64,000 bases of DNA from Camelus dromedarius (taxonomy: Eukaryota), in NCBI RefSeq assembly GCF_036321535.1, contig NC_087438.1, positions 11,968,001 through 12,032,000 of the forward strand, read 5' to 3'. The translations under genes were made by a program, and so were the position numbers. Numbering within the stretch: position 1 is the stretch's first letter; each line of letters opens with the position of its first letter. Below the pieces are notes generated by a model that worked only from the letters and a program-made list of their open reading frames with translations, searched no databases and had not been told where the DNA came from. Of this stretch, positions 25,301 through 37,800 are shown one piece after another.

Positions 25301-27298
25301 TTTTGCACTTTTATTTATTTTTAATATTTAACAATGAATTATATGCCACTTTCACAAAGAGAATAAAGCCACCAAGAAAAGACCACCATCTAAAGAGAGT
25401 CAATGACCACCCATGCTGAGCAGCCTCCTTGTATATCATGACCGGCAATTGGATATTCACAAGGATTAGACCACAGATGGTCGGGATGTTTTCACTCAAA
25501 AGTGACCTATTCTATATTGCTTAAGGAAGTGTACAACTTAATTAAATATTAACTATTTCTGAGCACTTATAATGAGCCATTCACTAAGCTAAATATTTAA
25601 TGTAGATTACCGTATTTATAAGACAAACCTATAAAGGAAGTATTATTGTCTTCATTTTATGGAAAACAAAATGAAATTCAGAGAGGCCACCTAACTAGTC
25701 AGTGGTGAGGCTGGGATTTGCAGGCAGGATTGGGAACAGCTTTGCATCCCTCCACAGACCATGTCTGCAGTCACTCTACGGAACAGTCGAAATAGTTAAG
25801 TGTTTCATCTAAAGAAGTGAGCTTCAACTAACGAGGAAGTTATTCTGTATATATAAGTATATTCATCAAGAGACTAGATCACTGGAGTGTTCCTCTGTTA
25901 GGAAGAGATGTCACTGGTTTGCAATTTTTCTAAGAGCAGGAGAGGGAGCCAAACCCAAACGTTTTACTATGTAACCTTTCCAATGATAACTGACAAAAGT
26001 TCATAAAAACAAATAGTAGGTGAACATTTTTTCTCATTCTGGTAGTTTTAAAATAAAGCCTGCAAGTTCAATGACATTCTTCCCAAGAATAAGTGGGGTT
26101 CATGTCCTCTCCCCTCAAACCTGGGTTCTTCTACTGTTTGACCAAGAGGACATGGTAGACCTGATGCTTGGCCAGTTTCTGGACCCAGGCCTGTAACTGG
26201 CAGCTCATACTTCACGCCCTCTGATCCAATCATCCCCTTAATGAGTAAAATTAAAGTGGTATCTCTCACTCTCATTTATGTGGCAAAATAATTTTGAATA
26301 ACAGAGGAATATTAATATATGTGGAAAAATCTAAAGGATAGAATATTTTGCAGGCATTAAAAATGCATCCAAAATGTTTAATGTCATTGGGAAATTCTTA
26401 TGAGAGAAAAAAAAAGCAGGGTACAAAATTGTACATATTCTACATAATTATTGTAACTTTGCCAAGAAAATCTGTCCAAAGAAGTACTAGAAGAAACATA
26501 ACGATCTTTTTTTTTTTTTTAGGGGAGTAAGATTCCAATTCATCCTCTCTTCTTTATATTCATTTTTCTCTGTACTATTTTTGTTTCTCCAAATAAAGAG
26601 TTGTAACATGTTTTAGTGGGAGGACACCACTGTGTATGAGATTGGCCCCTCAGGTAAGCTCGTGGCCTCACATACCTTCTGTGGGACTCAAGATTTCCAG
26701 TGAGGAGACACCAAGCAGACCTGGACACAGGTTTGCCCCTGAAGGGACAAAGTCTGGAAAGAAGGACAGCCTGCAGGAGTGGGCTGTCCCTCTGGCAGGA
26801 CAGCTTCTCTTGGCTGTCCTGGGACACCCTTTTTGTGGCCCACCATACAGCAGCTGCAGCCCTCCTTGGCACTGGAAACCAAAGAGGCCTTCATCAGACT
26901 GTAGGGATGGCAAAGAATTAGTCACCCTGTGTTTATAAGAAATGAGCTTTCACAGGGCTTGATTACCAGAGCTCACCGGGCAGCCGTGAGGGTTTGGGAA
27001 GCGCGTTGCTTGCTCCCTGGTGGTTAAGATATTTCACACTAAACAAACTCTCTCGCGACAAGGACAGACTGCATTGTTCTCCGTTTTCTTAATCGATTCC
27101 AAATATTAGCCCAGCTGGATCAAAGTAGGATTTCAAAAGTGGTAAACACTGTCTACGCCCGAGAGCTATTTCCCACAACTCTGTTGGAGGGTGAAAGAAA
27201 AATAAATCATTAATTTCTGTGACAAACCTCTACTTTGGGAATAACATAAATGAAGAAGATGGAGCACAGTTAGAATTAAACACTCACTCTTGCATCAC

Positions 27299-27474
27299 TT
27301 GTGTGCTGGGGCTGGCCCCTGCAGGTTCACAAGAACCAGTTTCGAGCATCTCTTCCAAACCCCACTTTCATAGGTGGCTTGAAATGGACCATAGCGGGAG
27401 TATTTACAACAGAGGAATCAAGGAATGCTGAAGATCAGAGAGCCGGTTGTTCAGTATCTACCAACACACCACTG
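27299..27474. mobile_element. MER63-like hAT-Blackjack element
   Basis: Inverted termini GTGTGCTGG...CCAACACACCACTG and internal GAGAGCCGGTTGTT. Confidence 0.6.
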
Positions 27475-29762
27475 CCTACAAGGCCCAAGAAGGGGTTCCC
27501 CTACCTCTCTCATTCACCTCCAGACACCCCCTCCTTTCTCCTCACATCCCAACCTGACCAGACGGACTTTCTGAGCATCAAGCCCACGGAGTGCATGACT
27601 ACCACACAACTGCCATAGAAGGCGTGTCTAACTGCACAGGTGCAGGGGTCAGCTGCCTGCCTTCAAACAGCTACTCCTTTACTTACTGGCTGTGTGAACC
27701 CTGTTTATTCACTTCACCTCTCTGTGCCTATTTCAAAACCAATGGCAACATGAGGACTTTTGCAGGCATAAGAGAGCTGAAATACGTGGGGACCCACCTC
27801 AGCTGAAGGTCCAGGCACACAGAGCTGGGGCGTGCTGGTCAGACTTCTTTGTGAGGCTTTTCTTAGCCTCACTGTATATTTTAAAGAAATAGTATTCATC
27901 AACAAGGAAAAATTAAGCCTATAATTGGGCCAACCTGGATTATTAAAAACATCTAGCTTAAAGAATGTATTTAAACCAATTTCTTTTAAATCTTCCAAGA
28001 ATAAAATTGCTAATGCCATTTGCAAATACTAAAGAGGCCACGTGCTTTTAGAAAGCTTTGGTTTTCTCAAATACAATAGCCCTGGGCATATCCAGAACCC
28101 AAATGTACAGCATCCTCCCCACTATGAGCAGAGCAGTCACGCCTGTGAGTAGCTGAGATTCCTACTACAGAGCTCCAGTTTTAGAGGCTCAGTGGCCTTT
28201 GGCAAACTTTTGAATCTTCACTATGTTATATGAAAAGTCAGATGGCCAACTTCAGAGAGCCCTGCATTAGCAGCCAGCGGTTTGCTTCTGAAATGCTAAA
28301 ACTGCACACTGTTCTTTTGGTAATAGTCTACTTAGCAGGAAATATTAAATCTGGGTAAAGCATAAGCAGATGCCTCTAAGCAATGTGGAAAACAACTGCT
28401 CTCTGCGGTTTCCAAGAGGGCATCCCCTCAGTGTCCTTTCCCCTGTCCCGTGGTTGGCAGGACACCAAGCCCATCCTTCCTCCCCATGGACTTCTGAGAT
28501 CCTTGTCCAAAAAACCCACACCAGAGCCTGTCACACACTCAGAGCCCACATCGCTGGGCCAGACTCTCTGTCTGTTCTCTCTCTTACAAAGTAAAGCCCC
28601 TGATGTGAGTCCAAGTACCTAGGACAGGTCTACACCCCCACGTGGGGGACCCAGGTACCCGTCACCTGAGGAGTGATCCCAGACTACTCTGTGGCTTCCA
28701 GGATAGCAGCCCTTCTCCTTGGATTTTCTTGATGTGTCCTTCATACTGATTTCTGAAATGCTTATCCAGCTACTTCCCAACGTACAAACTCAAGTTATGC
28801 TCCTAAAGTTAGCAGCATTATCACACCTCAGAATCCACGTTTCCATGAGACGTTATAAATGGTGCTAAGATCCAATTCATGAGCGCACATATTACCTCGG
28901 TATGTCTCTCAAGTGTTTACTGAGGTGGCCCCACGGCCCTCAGCTGCTCGCTCAGGACCTCTCATACCCTGGAATGACATCCAGCCTCCGACCACGGCCT
29001 GTGAGGCGCTGTGGGCCTGGCCACCCCCTTTCCTAGTCACGGCTCTCTTTTCCTGCCTTTCTGCTCCTAAGAGGCCGTCTCAGGATTTCCACCCAAGCCC
29101 AGTCCTCTCCATGCAACACACTCTCCTTACACCTCACACGACCAGCCGCTTCCAGTCTCAGCTGTGAGAGCACTTCTGCGGAGAGCACGTCTTAACTACT
29201 CTTCCAGGTAATTCCCCACATTACCATTTTTATTTTTATCTTTTCTGTCCTCTGATCAGAAATACTCTTTACTTATTTTTTTAACTTGTGCCGGCCTCCC
29301 CCATTCAGACTGTGTGCTCCTTGAGAGCGGAGGCCCAGCCCATCACCCCATCACCAGGCACAGCCATTGGCTTGGATGCAGCTTGATAAACACATCCCAA
29401 ATGAGCCAGGGGACGCGGGGACCTAGTTATCTTCTGTGGAAGTGCTGCTGAGATGAGACACATTCAGGGCCCGGTCTTGGAAGCCTAGGATGCCCCTGCT
29501 TCAGGGCAGCTGGAAGAGGCATCGCCTCACTTATCCACTCCACTCAGGCTGCTGGGGACATCTGAGGGCCTGCCCGCTGCCTTGAAGGTGGGATCCGAAA
29601 TGAGGTGGGATGAAGAAGCAGACGTCTGGCCTGGGTATAATTTTCCTCGCATTTCTGGATCCTGTCTGCTTCCCGGGTCGCTGCCTCTACTTTCTTCTTC
29701 TTCGGCACCGGATGCTGCCTGCTTGGGCTTCTGCCTTCCTGATCTGGCATAGGAATGGCATT

Positions 29763-29899
29763 TGGGGGGGGAGGGCAGGGGAAATTAAGTTTATTTATTT
29801 ATTTAGCGGACTTACTGGGGATCGAACCCATGACCTCGTGCATGCTAGGCATGTGCTGTACCACTGAGCAGCCCCCTCCCCTCCCCTCCCCTCCTCTCC
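29763..29899 (-). mobile_element. tRNA-derived camelid SINE (Vic-1-like)
   Basis: Minus strand GCTCAGTGGTACAGCACATGCCTAGCATGCACGAGGTCATGGGTTCGATCCCCAGTA; TSD ATGGCATT at 29755 and 29900. Confidence 0.88.
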
Positions 29900-32292
29900 A
29901 TGGCATTCTTTCACACCCTCTCCCCTCATCTGCTGACCCCGACACTGGCACAAAGTCTTCGGAGCGTCTTACCAAGAGTGTTCACTATTGGCAACAAGAT
30001 AAACGGCCAGGAGGAGGGGCTCTCCTCTGCTTCCCTCCCCGCCCCCACCCCCCAGCTGTGTTCACGCTCATCCATTTGGTGAATATGAAACCGTGTGTCA
30101 GAGACGCTGGACCACCGCGCAGGAGGCCGGCCATGCGGGCGGTGCGGGAAGCACAGTGCAGGTGCCCTAACGCAGCAGCCCAGTATTTGGTTCCCACTGA
30201 TTAAACGCAGAGTTAGCTCGCGGCCAGTTACAGAGCAGTTTGGGTCAGCAGATTCCAGAACAGAACAGAAGTAACATGAAGAAGCCCGTATGTGAGCCTC
30301 AACCAGAACCTGCTACAATCGAGCTCCAAGAACATGTTCCATCAGCAGATAGGAGACTCATAATAGTTACTTCTCTTTCAGGCGTGGCTTGCACAAGGGA
30401 GTTGTCCAGTGACATTTAATCTCAAATTTAGCAAGAGGAAAACTCCCTCACAAGCATGATATTTTACTTCTAGCCTGGCTCTAAACGCTCCCCCTGGCTG
30501 GGGTGCCGTTTCTAACTTCCTGCACAGATGGGGGAAAAACAAGCAAGTGCACGGGGCAAAGCAGATTCTATAGGAAATCACCAGCTGCTGAGAGCTGGGA
30601 GTTAACTCATCAGAATGAAAAAGTGGGGGCAGGGGTACCCTACTTCAAACGAGTGAGATGTTTCTCACTTTCAGCAAATGTATTTTTAGTTTCTGGTAAT
30701 AATATTGATTAGATATGTGCCGATTTTATATACATACATCCATATATATTTTTATATATACATCTTATCTGTTTATCTTTTGTAACCAGTACAATATTCT
30801 TAGGAAAAAACTGGTCTGTTTAGTTTACATCACAAACTGTTAGTTCAAAATATTTATAATTATCTATAATTAATTAACTTAATTACTCTTTAATTTAACT
30901 GTGATAATATTATGTTTCATTAAGCAACCCTTATTACATTTTTGCCAAATCTCTCCCTTCAGCCTGTCCCCTAAATATAAAGTGGTTTAAAAATACACTC
31001 CATTCAACAAGTATTTATTAAAAGTACCTATTCAGTGCAAACATCTATGCAGAGAGTTGGTGGGAAAGCCATGATGTAAAGTGAAAAAGAGAAAGGCCTG
31101 CTTTCAGAAATGTTACAATGTCATGAGGGGACACATAAATACTGGTAGAGCCCCCATCATCTCAAACCCAAACTGACATTTAACCTTCTCTGAAAACGTT
31201 TTCTTAGCTATTTAATTAGTCCATGTCCTAACTCTAGGCACTTGTATGAACATCATCTTCAAGCAGTTGATTTAATGTTTCATTTTATATAGAAAGTTCT
31301 TTCGTTATTCAACGAAATGTGAACTTAACATCCCCTTTGATGGACTGGGAAGGAATCTGGAAGAAAATATAAACTAGGAAACTAAAGAGAAAAGTAGCTT
31401 TTAAGGAAACGATTACAACTGATTAGAGTCCACACACATACGCTATACAACCACGGCTGAAAAGGGATGCTCACACAAGGACGGAAAAATCACTGTAGTG
31501 TTCCTATTCCTTGAGAGTTACCAGTTTCCACTTTCTTTGACAATAAAACTGTCAATAACCTCTTGTTTTTTTTTTAAACAGCTTTCTTTCTACTTCATGT
31601 ATATATCTCCAAATTTCAGTGACCCTAATTAGAATTCCAATGACACCAGTTCATACAAATTTTGTGAACACAGCAATGGGGCTAGAAATGGAAACTTTCA
31701 ATGTGGACATAAGTTATGCTCATATTAATAGAAATAACTGCCTGCCTCCTTTCTCACCTCTATTGCCCCCTTCTTAGAGCCAGATTATTAATAAAAACTT
31801 CGATACAACTCATGTACTGCATATGGGAGCCCCTAGGATCACATTTTCAAAGGTAAAAACTGTGGTTAAAAAAATTATTGCAATAGTAAAATGGATATAT
31901 TGGTCTAAGAGTTCACCTTTACAAATGTTCAACAAGTCTTTAAAATGCGAGCATTTTACAAAATGTTCACTAGCTTAGATTTCTAACAACTACCATCTAA
32001 ATTTAAAACTCAAACATCAAGAAATTCAAGGAGACTTTACAGGGTGTAGGAGGAAACACTTTTTAATAATTTCAGGCCATCACTTCCTCATTCAAGAAAA
32101 ACACTTAATAGCATATGTTTCTAAAAATATATTCAGTTAATTTTTTGTCTCTCTCTTCATGCTAAAGAAAACTCCATTTCTATTTTTTTAATTTTAATTT
32201 CAACTGCCTTTTATATTAGTCAATAATATTTTTTAAAAGATAATTAGTAAATGAAATAGACTCCAGAAAAAGTAAATATATATCATAATTAC

Positions 32293-32327
32293 CTTTTGCC
32301 TGGTCCAAAGTCCTCACCTTCAGGCAT
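32293..32327 (-). CDS. RETREG1: Coding part of the alternative first exon of short isoform FAM134B-2 (RETREG1 isoform 2)
   Basis: ATG CCT GAA GGT GAG GAC TTT GGA CCA GGC AAA AG|GTaatt = MPEGEDFGPGK + AG, joining the C of exon 4 to give Ser. Purine at -3 and an in-frame TAA 12 nt upstream. Matches the remembered isoform-2 N-terminus. Confidence 0.93.
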
Positions 32328-33300
32328 TGCTGCCCTTTAAAGAAACAATAACAAAGTGGAGATGGTTTCTTCTCCTCGCTGACGGTGACTGTCAGGAGGG
32401 GGAATACCCCAGTAAGTCAAGTTCTTTCCTTTTGGGAGAAAAGCGCTCCTCCCTTACTCAGAAAGTAGGTGTTTACAAATGTCTGAAGCGCCTGCCTGCC
32501 TTGAATGAAGCTCAGAGCCGGGTTATCAGGACTGTCCCCTTCTAAAAATAAATAGGTCACCTCTTCCTCCTGGGACCGTGACAGGCAGCTGGGAGCAAGC
32601 ACTGCCCGGCTGCCCAGCATTTTCTGCCCAGTCGTGTGAGAAGGTGTCACCACCCAGCGATTAACCTTTCCTGGGATGACTTCACCTAGACCAGCCTCCC
32701 CTTTCTCTTCCCCCTTTTTTTTTTCCTGGCATGACAGGGCACCCCACCGAAGGACGGCAGGGCTTGAAACTCAGCCTGGGCTATCAGATCTCCAGCTCAC
32801 AGGAGGGGCTCGGGGGTGGAGATCAAGACGGGCAGCACCTGCCAGAGCCGAGAGGCGCGTCTGTGCTGGAAACGCACAGCCACTCAGCAAAAACATCCCT
32901 TACTTAACAACAACAACAAAAAGGGGTGGGGGGAGCAGTGAAAGAGGGAATGTCAATAAATAACTGTGTTTTTAGGGATACTGTTTTGCCAGAAAGTCTT
33001 TCTTTGGGTCATCTAGATGTCTCAACTCAGAAGTCAGCACACCAGTGTGGGTCCGTGTGTTCCTTTGGTTAACGTGGTTTCCTCTGAGGTGCCACCCCTC
33101 TGCCGTCAGGGAGCAGCTGCACATTGGAGCCTCAAACATTTTTATAGCTCGGTCCCTCACTGCCTACAAGTCACCCATTACCAGGGACCCTCATTCTGCT
33201 TGTTTTCAAAAAAGGCTAAGGAAAATGTTACTGAGATCCCTTTAGGAATATATCCTGAAAGCTTTGCATAAAAACTTGGAACCATTTTTCTTTTTCCAGA
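32328..33300 (-). promoter_or_regulatory. 5' UTR and internal promoter region of FAM134B-2
   Basis: No recognisable repeats directly upstream of the isoform-2 ATG. Contains TGTTTAC (32470-32476), CTAAAAATAA (32542-32551), TAAATAGGTCA (32549-32559), CAGCTG (32586-32591) and TTGCATAA (33264-33271). The TSS cannot be determined from sequence. Confidence 0.7.
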
Positions 33301-34711
33301 TTGGGAATGTTAAGTAAGGCCATACGCAAGATCTAATTATTGAGAAACAATATACTTTTCTTTTCAAAACATGTGTTCCATGGTTATAGGATTAGTCATA
33401 GCTAATCCTAGCCACATATCTGTATTCCATGTATACTTCGCATTTATATGTGTGAAAGTGATTTCTAGAGCATTAAAAAATTGAAAAGTCAAAACAAATA
33501 TCATGTACTTTTCTTGAGACAGCATTAGCTATTTTGTGACACACGTGTCGCGGCAATTGGAGACAATTCTTTAATAGTTCACACAAGAGGTGAAGTTTTA
33601 GACTTCAAGCTCTAAGGCTAAGTGGCTGCAGACGCTCAAACACATAACTCAGACACTGCTGACCTTGAAAGAAAGCAGTCATAAGCAGAGTTCCGAAGGT
33701 CAAGGCGTGCCCAAGCCTCTCAGAACTGGAGCAATGTGCTGTGTCGTTAGAAGTTCCGGGTCTGAAGAAGGGAAAACTTGAGGCACTGACAACGTTATCC
33801 ACGAGAATATTTCATCACTTCTACTTAACCTGATCCACAAAAATGCAAATTCTAAGATCTAATTCTCAGTTCTAACAATTCTATCCCATTAACTTTACCT
33901 TTTTTGGTCCTTTTAAGCTCCGACTGCGCTGTTCCTTGACTACCTACAGCAGCTGTTGTTGAACCTAGCTGCTGCTGACGACAGAACTGACTACTATATC
34001 CCTGAAACCTGCCTCTCAATTTTAAAGGACAATTGGCTGTGCTGTGCTGTAGGAGATGGATTATCCATTACTACGATCAAATATTTCCTTTAATTTCCTC
34101 TAAAAATACTTCCTTTAAGCACTCCTTCATGCATTTTTAAGTTACTTGCTCCAACCATAAATTCCCCTATAGGTATATTTGTGTTAATTTCTGAAATTCA
34201 CAAGGACAAGAAGGGGAAACAGGACGGCACAGATGTCAAAAACCAGAGGGAGGACACAGTGGGTGGCTTCCTTGCCTGAATGACACCTGCGGTCCTGTGG
34301 GGAATTAGGGTGCCAAGGGTTCCCTCATCACTGCTGACCCAAAATCTACTGGGCATCCTGAATTTAAGGACTCAGAGAATACAGATGTGGGAACGACCCT
34401 GAGGGCCACAAAAGCCAACCAGGATTTTCAGGTGCCGAATCTGGGGTCCAGCAAAGTTAGATGACCTCCTGGTGTCAGAGCCTTCAGTGCTGAGGGCTCT
34501 TTTCATTCCTGCAGAAGAACAGACAGCAGAGACCATCCATTCTGGCAAGTCCAACACAGTTTAAGTTTTCTTATACCCGTACTCCTTCAAAATCTGCACA
34601 TGCTTAATTTTAGTAATATTTAAGTGAGCATTTTTATTTTCTTTTGCAGTGTAATGTCATACAGTATGGGCTAAGAAAATAATTGTCATTTCAAAGTTAA
34701 ATGGCTACTTT

Positions 34712-34840
34712 CAATATGACAATACATATATGTATACGCATGACTGGGACATTGTGCTGTACACCAGAAGTGGACACATTGTAACTGACGGTACTTGAAT
34801 AAAAAACAATAAAAAAAATTTTTTTAATTAAAAGAAAATT
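34712..34840 (+). mobile_element. Severely 5'-truncated L1 3' end with poly(A)
   Basis: GACTGGGACATTGTGCTGTACACCAGAAGTGGACACATTGTAACTGAC...AATAAAAAA; flanked by AATGGC(T/C)ACTTT repeats. Confidence 0.75.
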
Positions 34841-35084
34841 TTAATGGCCACTTTTCTTAATGTCCTTTTTTCTCTTGACACAGTCATTGGTCTAAGAATT
34901 TTGTTTTTGTTTTTGTTTTTGTTTTTTTCCATTTCTCCTCCAGCAGCACTGACTGAGGCTCTGGAACTTGCAGAGACAATGAGAGGGACCTTTCCTCTCT
35001 TGGAGGTTACAGGACAATACTAGCATGCATGGCTAAAAAATGGGGGTGGGTGGTTGTGAGTGGAGACAAAATGACTATGGGAGG

Positions 35085-35357
35085 TAGATAATTAATTCTC
35101 TGCTAAGCTGAACTAACAGAATTCTTGCTGAAGGCAGGCCGGGGGTCAGGTGTTACCTGGGGGATGGTGAGACATGAGGGATTTGTGGTTAGCTGCTAAG
35201 GGTGATCAAACACCAAGGGTGGAGGATTCTCCGTAAACTGACTTGACAAGTTTCTTGGTAAAACTGGATCCTGAGGACATACGCAAGGACAGAGCCTAGC
35301 TGAAAAAGAGCTCAGAGGAGCCTGACTAGAGTTTGGTCAAAGAGAGAGTCTTTGTCA
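35085..35357 (-). mobile_element. MER31-like ERV1 LTR, partial
   Basis: Reverse complement starts TGACAAAGACTCTCTCTTTGACCAAACTCTAGTCAGGCTCCTCTGAGC, the remembered MER31 5' end. Confidence 0.75.
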
Positions 35358-35414
35358 CCTCGTAAGAACAAGGCACATCTTGATTTTGTGTAGCACTCAG
35401 TGGACCTTTCAGAT

Positions 35415-35830
35415 CTGCACGGTCCAATATGGTAGCCACTAGCCACACCTGGCTACTGAGCACTTAAAATGTGGCTAGTTTGGAATTTAGGATGGAATAG
35501 GAAAAAAAGAATGTTTTCTGCTTGATGATTTTGTGTTAGGAAAACTCAAAACTGCAAATCTATAGCCAAGTTATTTTGGAATATTTCCCTCTTTCCCCTC
35601 TTTGTTTTTTGTGTATTTTTTTTTAATTCTCAAGAATATGTAAGAACTTACTTCACTTATCTGCCCTTCAAAGCAAATTTCAATGAAATTGGTTCCACTG
35701 AGATGACTCTGCATTTTTAGTATAGACAGTATTTGAATAAAGTTGCTCAATTAAAAAAAGGAACTATCTCATCACCTATGTTTATATTGATTACATGTTG
35801 AAATTATTTTGGGTATTTTGGTTAAAAAAA
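35415..35830. mobile_element. MER33/MER3-like hAT element interrupted by an ~245-bp insertion
   Basis: GTCCAATATGGTAGCCACTAGCCACA...GAAAAAAAGAATGT, resuming at about 35762 with TATCTCAT...TTTATATTGATTACATGTTGAAAT. Confidence 0.75.
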
Positions 35831-36761
35831 TCATCAGAACATCCCTGAGAAGAGTCCACTGAGCATTTTCTCCCTCAATACTCAGCCTCTGCTATTCTCC
35901 ACTAAAACCCTCTCCCATCTTCGCTTCCCTTCAGCCTCTGAAGACAAGACCCCATAAGGAACTTCTTCAAGGCCAGGCTGTATCCCAAGTTCTTCATTCC
36001 TCCCCTCCTCTCATCTCCAGTGTGTAGCATCAAGTGTCCCATCCTCTTCTCACCAGTTCCTGACCCTCCCAAATTCTACTTCCCCTCAGCCCACAGAAGT
36101 ACCCAGGCCTTTTCCAGAAATCCCACCCCGACCACAATCTCCTTCTAGTCCCTAATCTCTGTCTTGTGCCCTTTACAACCAAAGGTCCTAACCAGTAGTC
36201 TGTGGCCAACTCACTCCTCACCAATTACAACCTACTTCTGGCCCACACTGCTCTTCAAACACAGTGGATACTTACTGTCCATCTAGTCTACCTGCTCTCC
36301 AGTGGCCCGGCCCTGCTGCCCACTCTCTTTGTCTTGATGCTCTCTCCATCCTTGGCTGGAAGACTCCACTTTCTGTGCTCAGCCCCACCCCTTTCAACAT
36401 CAACATCCCTTCTTGGTTCCTTTAGGTGTCCCTCTGCTAACCAGCTCTTAAAGCTTGGTGATCTGCAGGGCCGAGCTTCCTAAACCTCAAACAGTACGGA
36501 GGAGTGGGCCCCACCCTCACTCACTCCCATCAGTGTGGGATGGGCTGTGAATCTGTTCCCAGATGGGGCTGCTGCTGCTGCTGCTGCCGGTGGGGGAACC
36601 ACTCTTCGAGAGCACAGTCCTGGCGTTCTAACACTGGCCATCTTCCTTTTCATGCTACACAATCTCTCTAAGAAATCTCTCTGTTCCTGGAATTTCAACT
36701 CTCACCTCTGTGCCCAAATCTCTATTCCTAGTCATACACTCTCCAGAACTCCAAACCTACA

Positions 36762-37211
36762 CAGATGGTCCTCAACTTATAATTTTTCGCCATCATGACA
36801 GTGTGAAAGAGAGATGCACTCAGGAGAAACCGTACTTGGAATTTTGAATTTCGAGCTTTTCGCGATCTAGCAAAATGTAGTACAACACTCTCTGGTGACG
36901 CTGCAGCGCCCAGTCGGCCATGTGATCAGGAGGGAGAACAACCAATACGCTTACAGCCATCCTGATGTTCACTTCCAGTACAGTGTTCAGTACATGAGCT
37001 ATTCAACACTTTATTATAACGCAGGCTTTGTGTTGGATGATGGTGCCCAACTGGAGGCTCATGGAAGTGTCCTGAGCACGTTTAAGGTGGTCTCGGCTAA
37101 GCTGTGATGTTCAGCAGGTTAGGTGTATTGAATGCATTTCTGACTTATGATGTTTTCATCTTATGATGGGTTTGTCAGGACACAACCCCATCGTAAACCC
37201 AGGAGGATCTG
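36762..37211. mobile_element. MER47/Tigger5-like TcMar element
   Basis: Termini CAGATGGTCCTCAACTTA ... ACCCCATCGTAAACCCAGGAGGATCTG followed by TA; internal TTAGGTGTATTGAATGCATTT. Confidence 0.8.
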
Positions 37212-37455
37212 TAGCTCCTGTCACCCACTAGCTGTGGTACACCAGAGCTGCCTCTGACTTGCTCATGAAAAAAACTCTTAACATCTCTTCCCACACCATG
37301 CTCAGTGCTGTGAAGGAGTTTGTTTGCAATCAGCCGTGGCATGGAAATTGGCAAAAGCTGCAAATCAACAACCTATCCCCTGCCCACCCAGAGCCAGCTG
37401 TTACATATGTACCCACACACCAGTGACTGCTAGATACCCTGACCTGTGTTCAATT

Positions 37456-37800
37456 AGTTAAATAAGGAGGCCGTTAGATCGAGGTGGTTCTAACCTTAGA
37501 AGCCAGCGTAAGCAAAGCAAAACCTGAGCCCATAAATGCCGCAAGGTTAAGAAACCGAAAGATAAGGACAATCCATCACAAACAGCCAGCCAGGGTTTCC
37601 CAAGTACGGGCAGCCACAGAGGACACAGCCAATCGAATGATTTTCTTGCTTTGCTTCCGAGCTTTCTCTATAAACGTCTTGCCCCTGGCTCCAGTCAGTG
37701 GAGCATCCTACCCTCTCTTCTGGTTTGGTGCCACCAGATTCAAACTGATTTCTGCTCAATATACCTTTAAAGTTTTTAGCATGCCTGTTTATCTTTCAAT
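37456..37800 (+). mobile_element. ERV1-class solo LTR
   Basis: GTTAAATAAGGAGGCCGTTAGA start, CAGCCAAT box, CTATAAA TATA-like box, TGCTCAATATAC degenerate poly(A) region. Confidence 0.6.
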
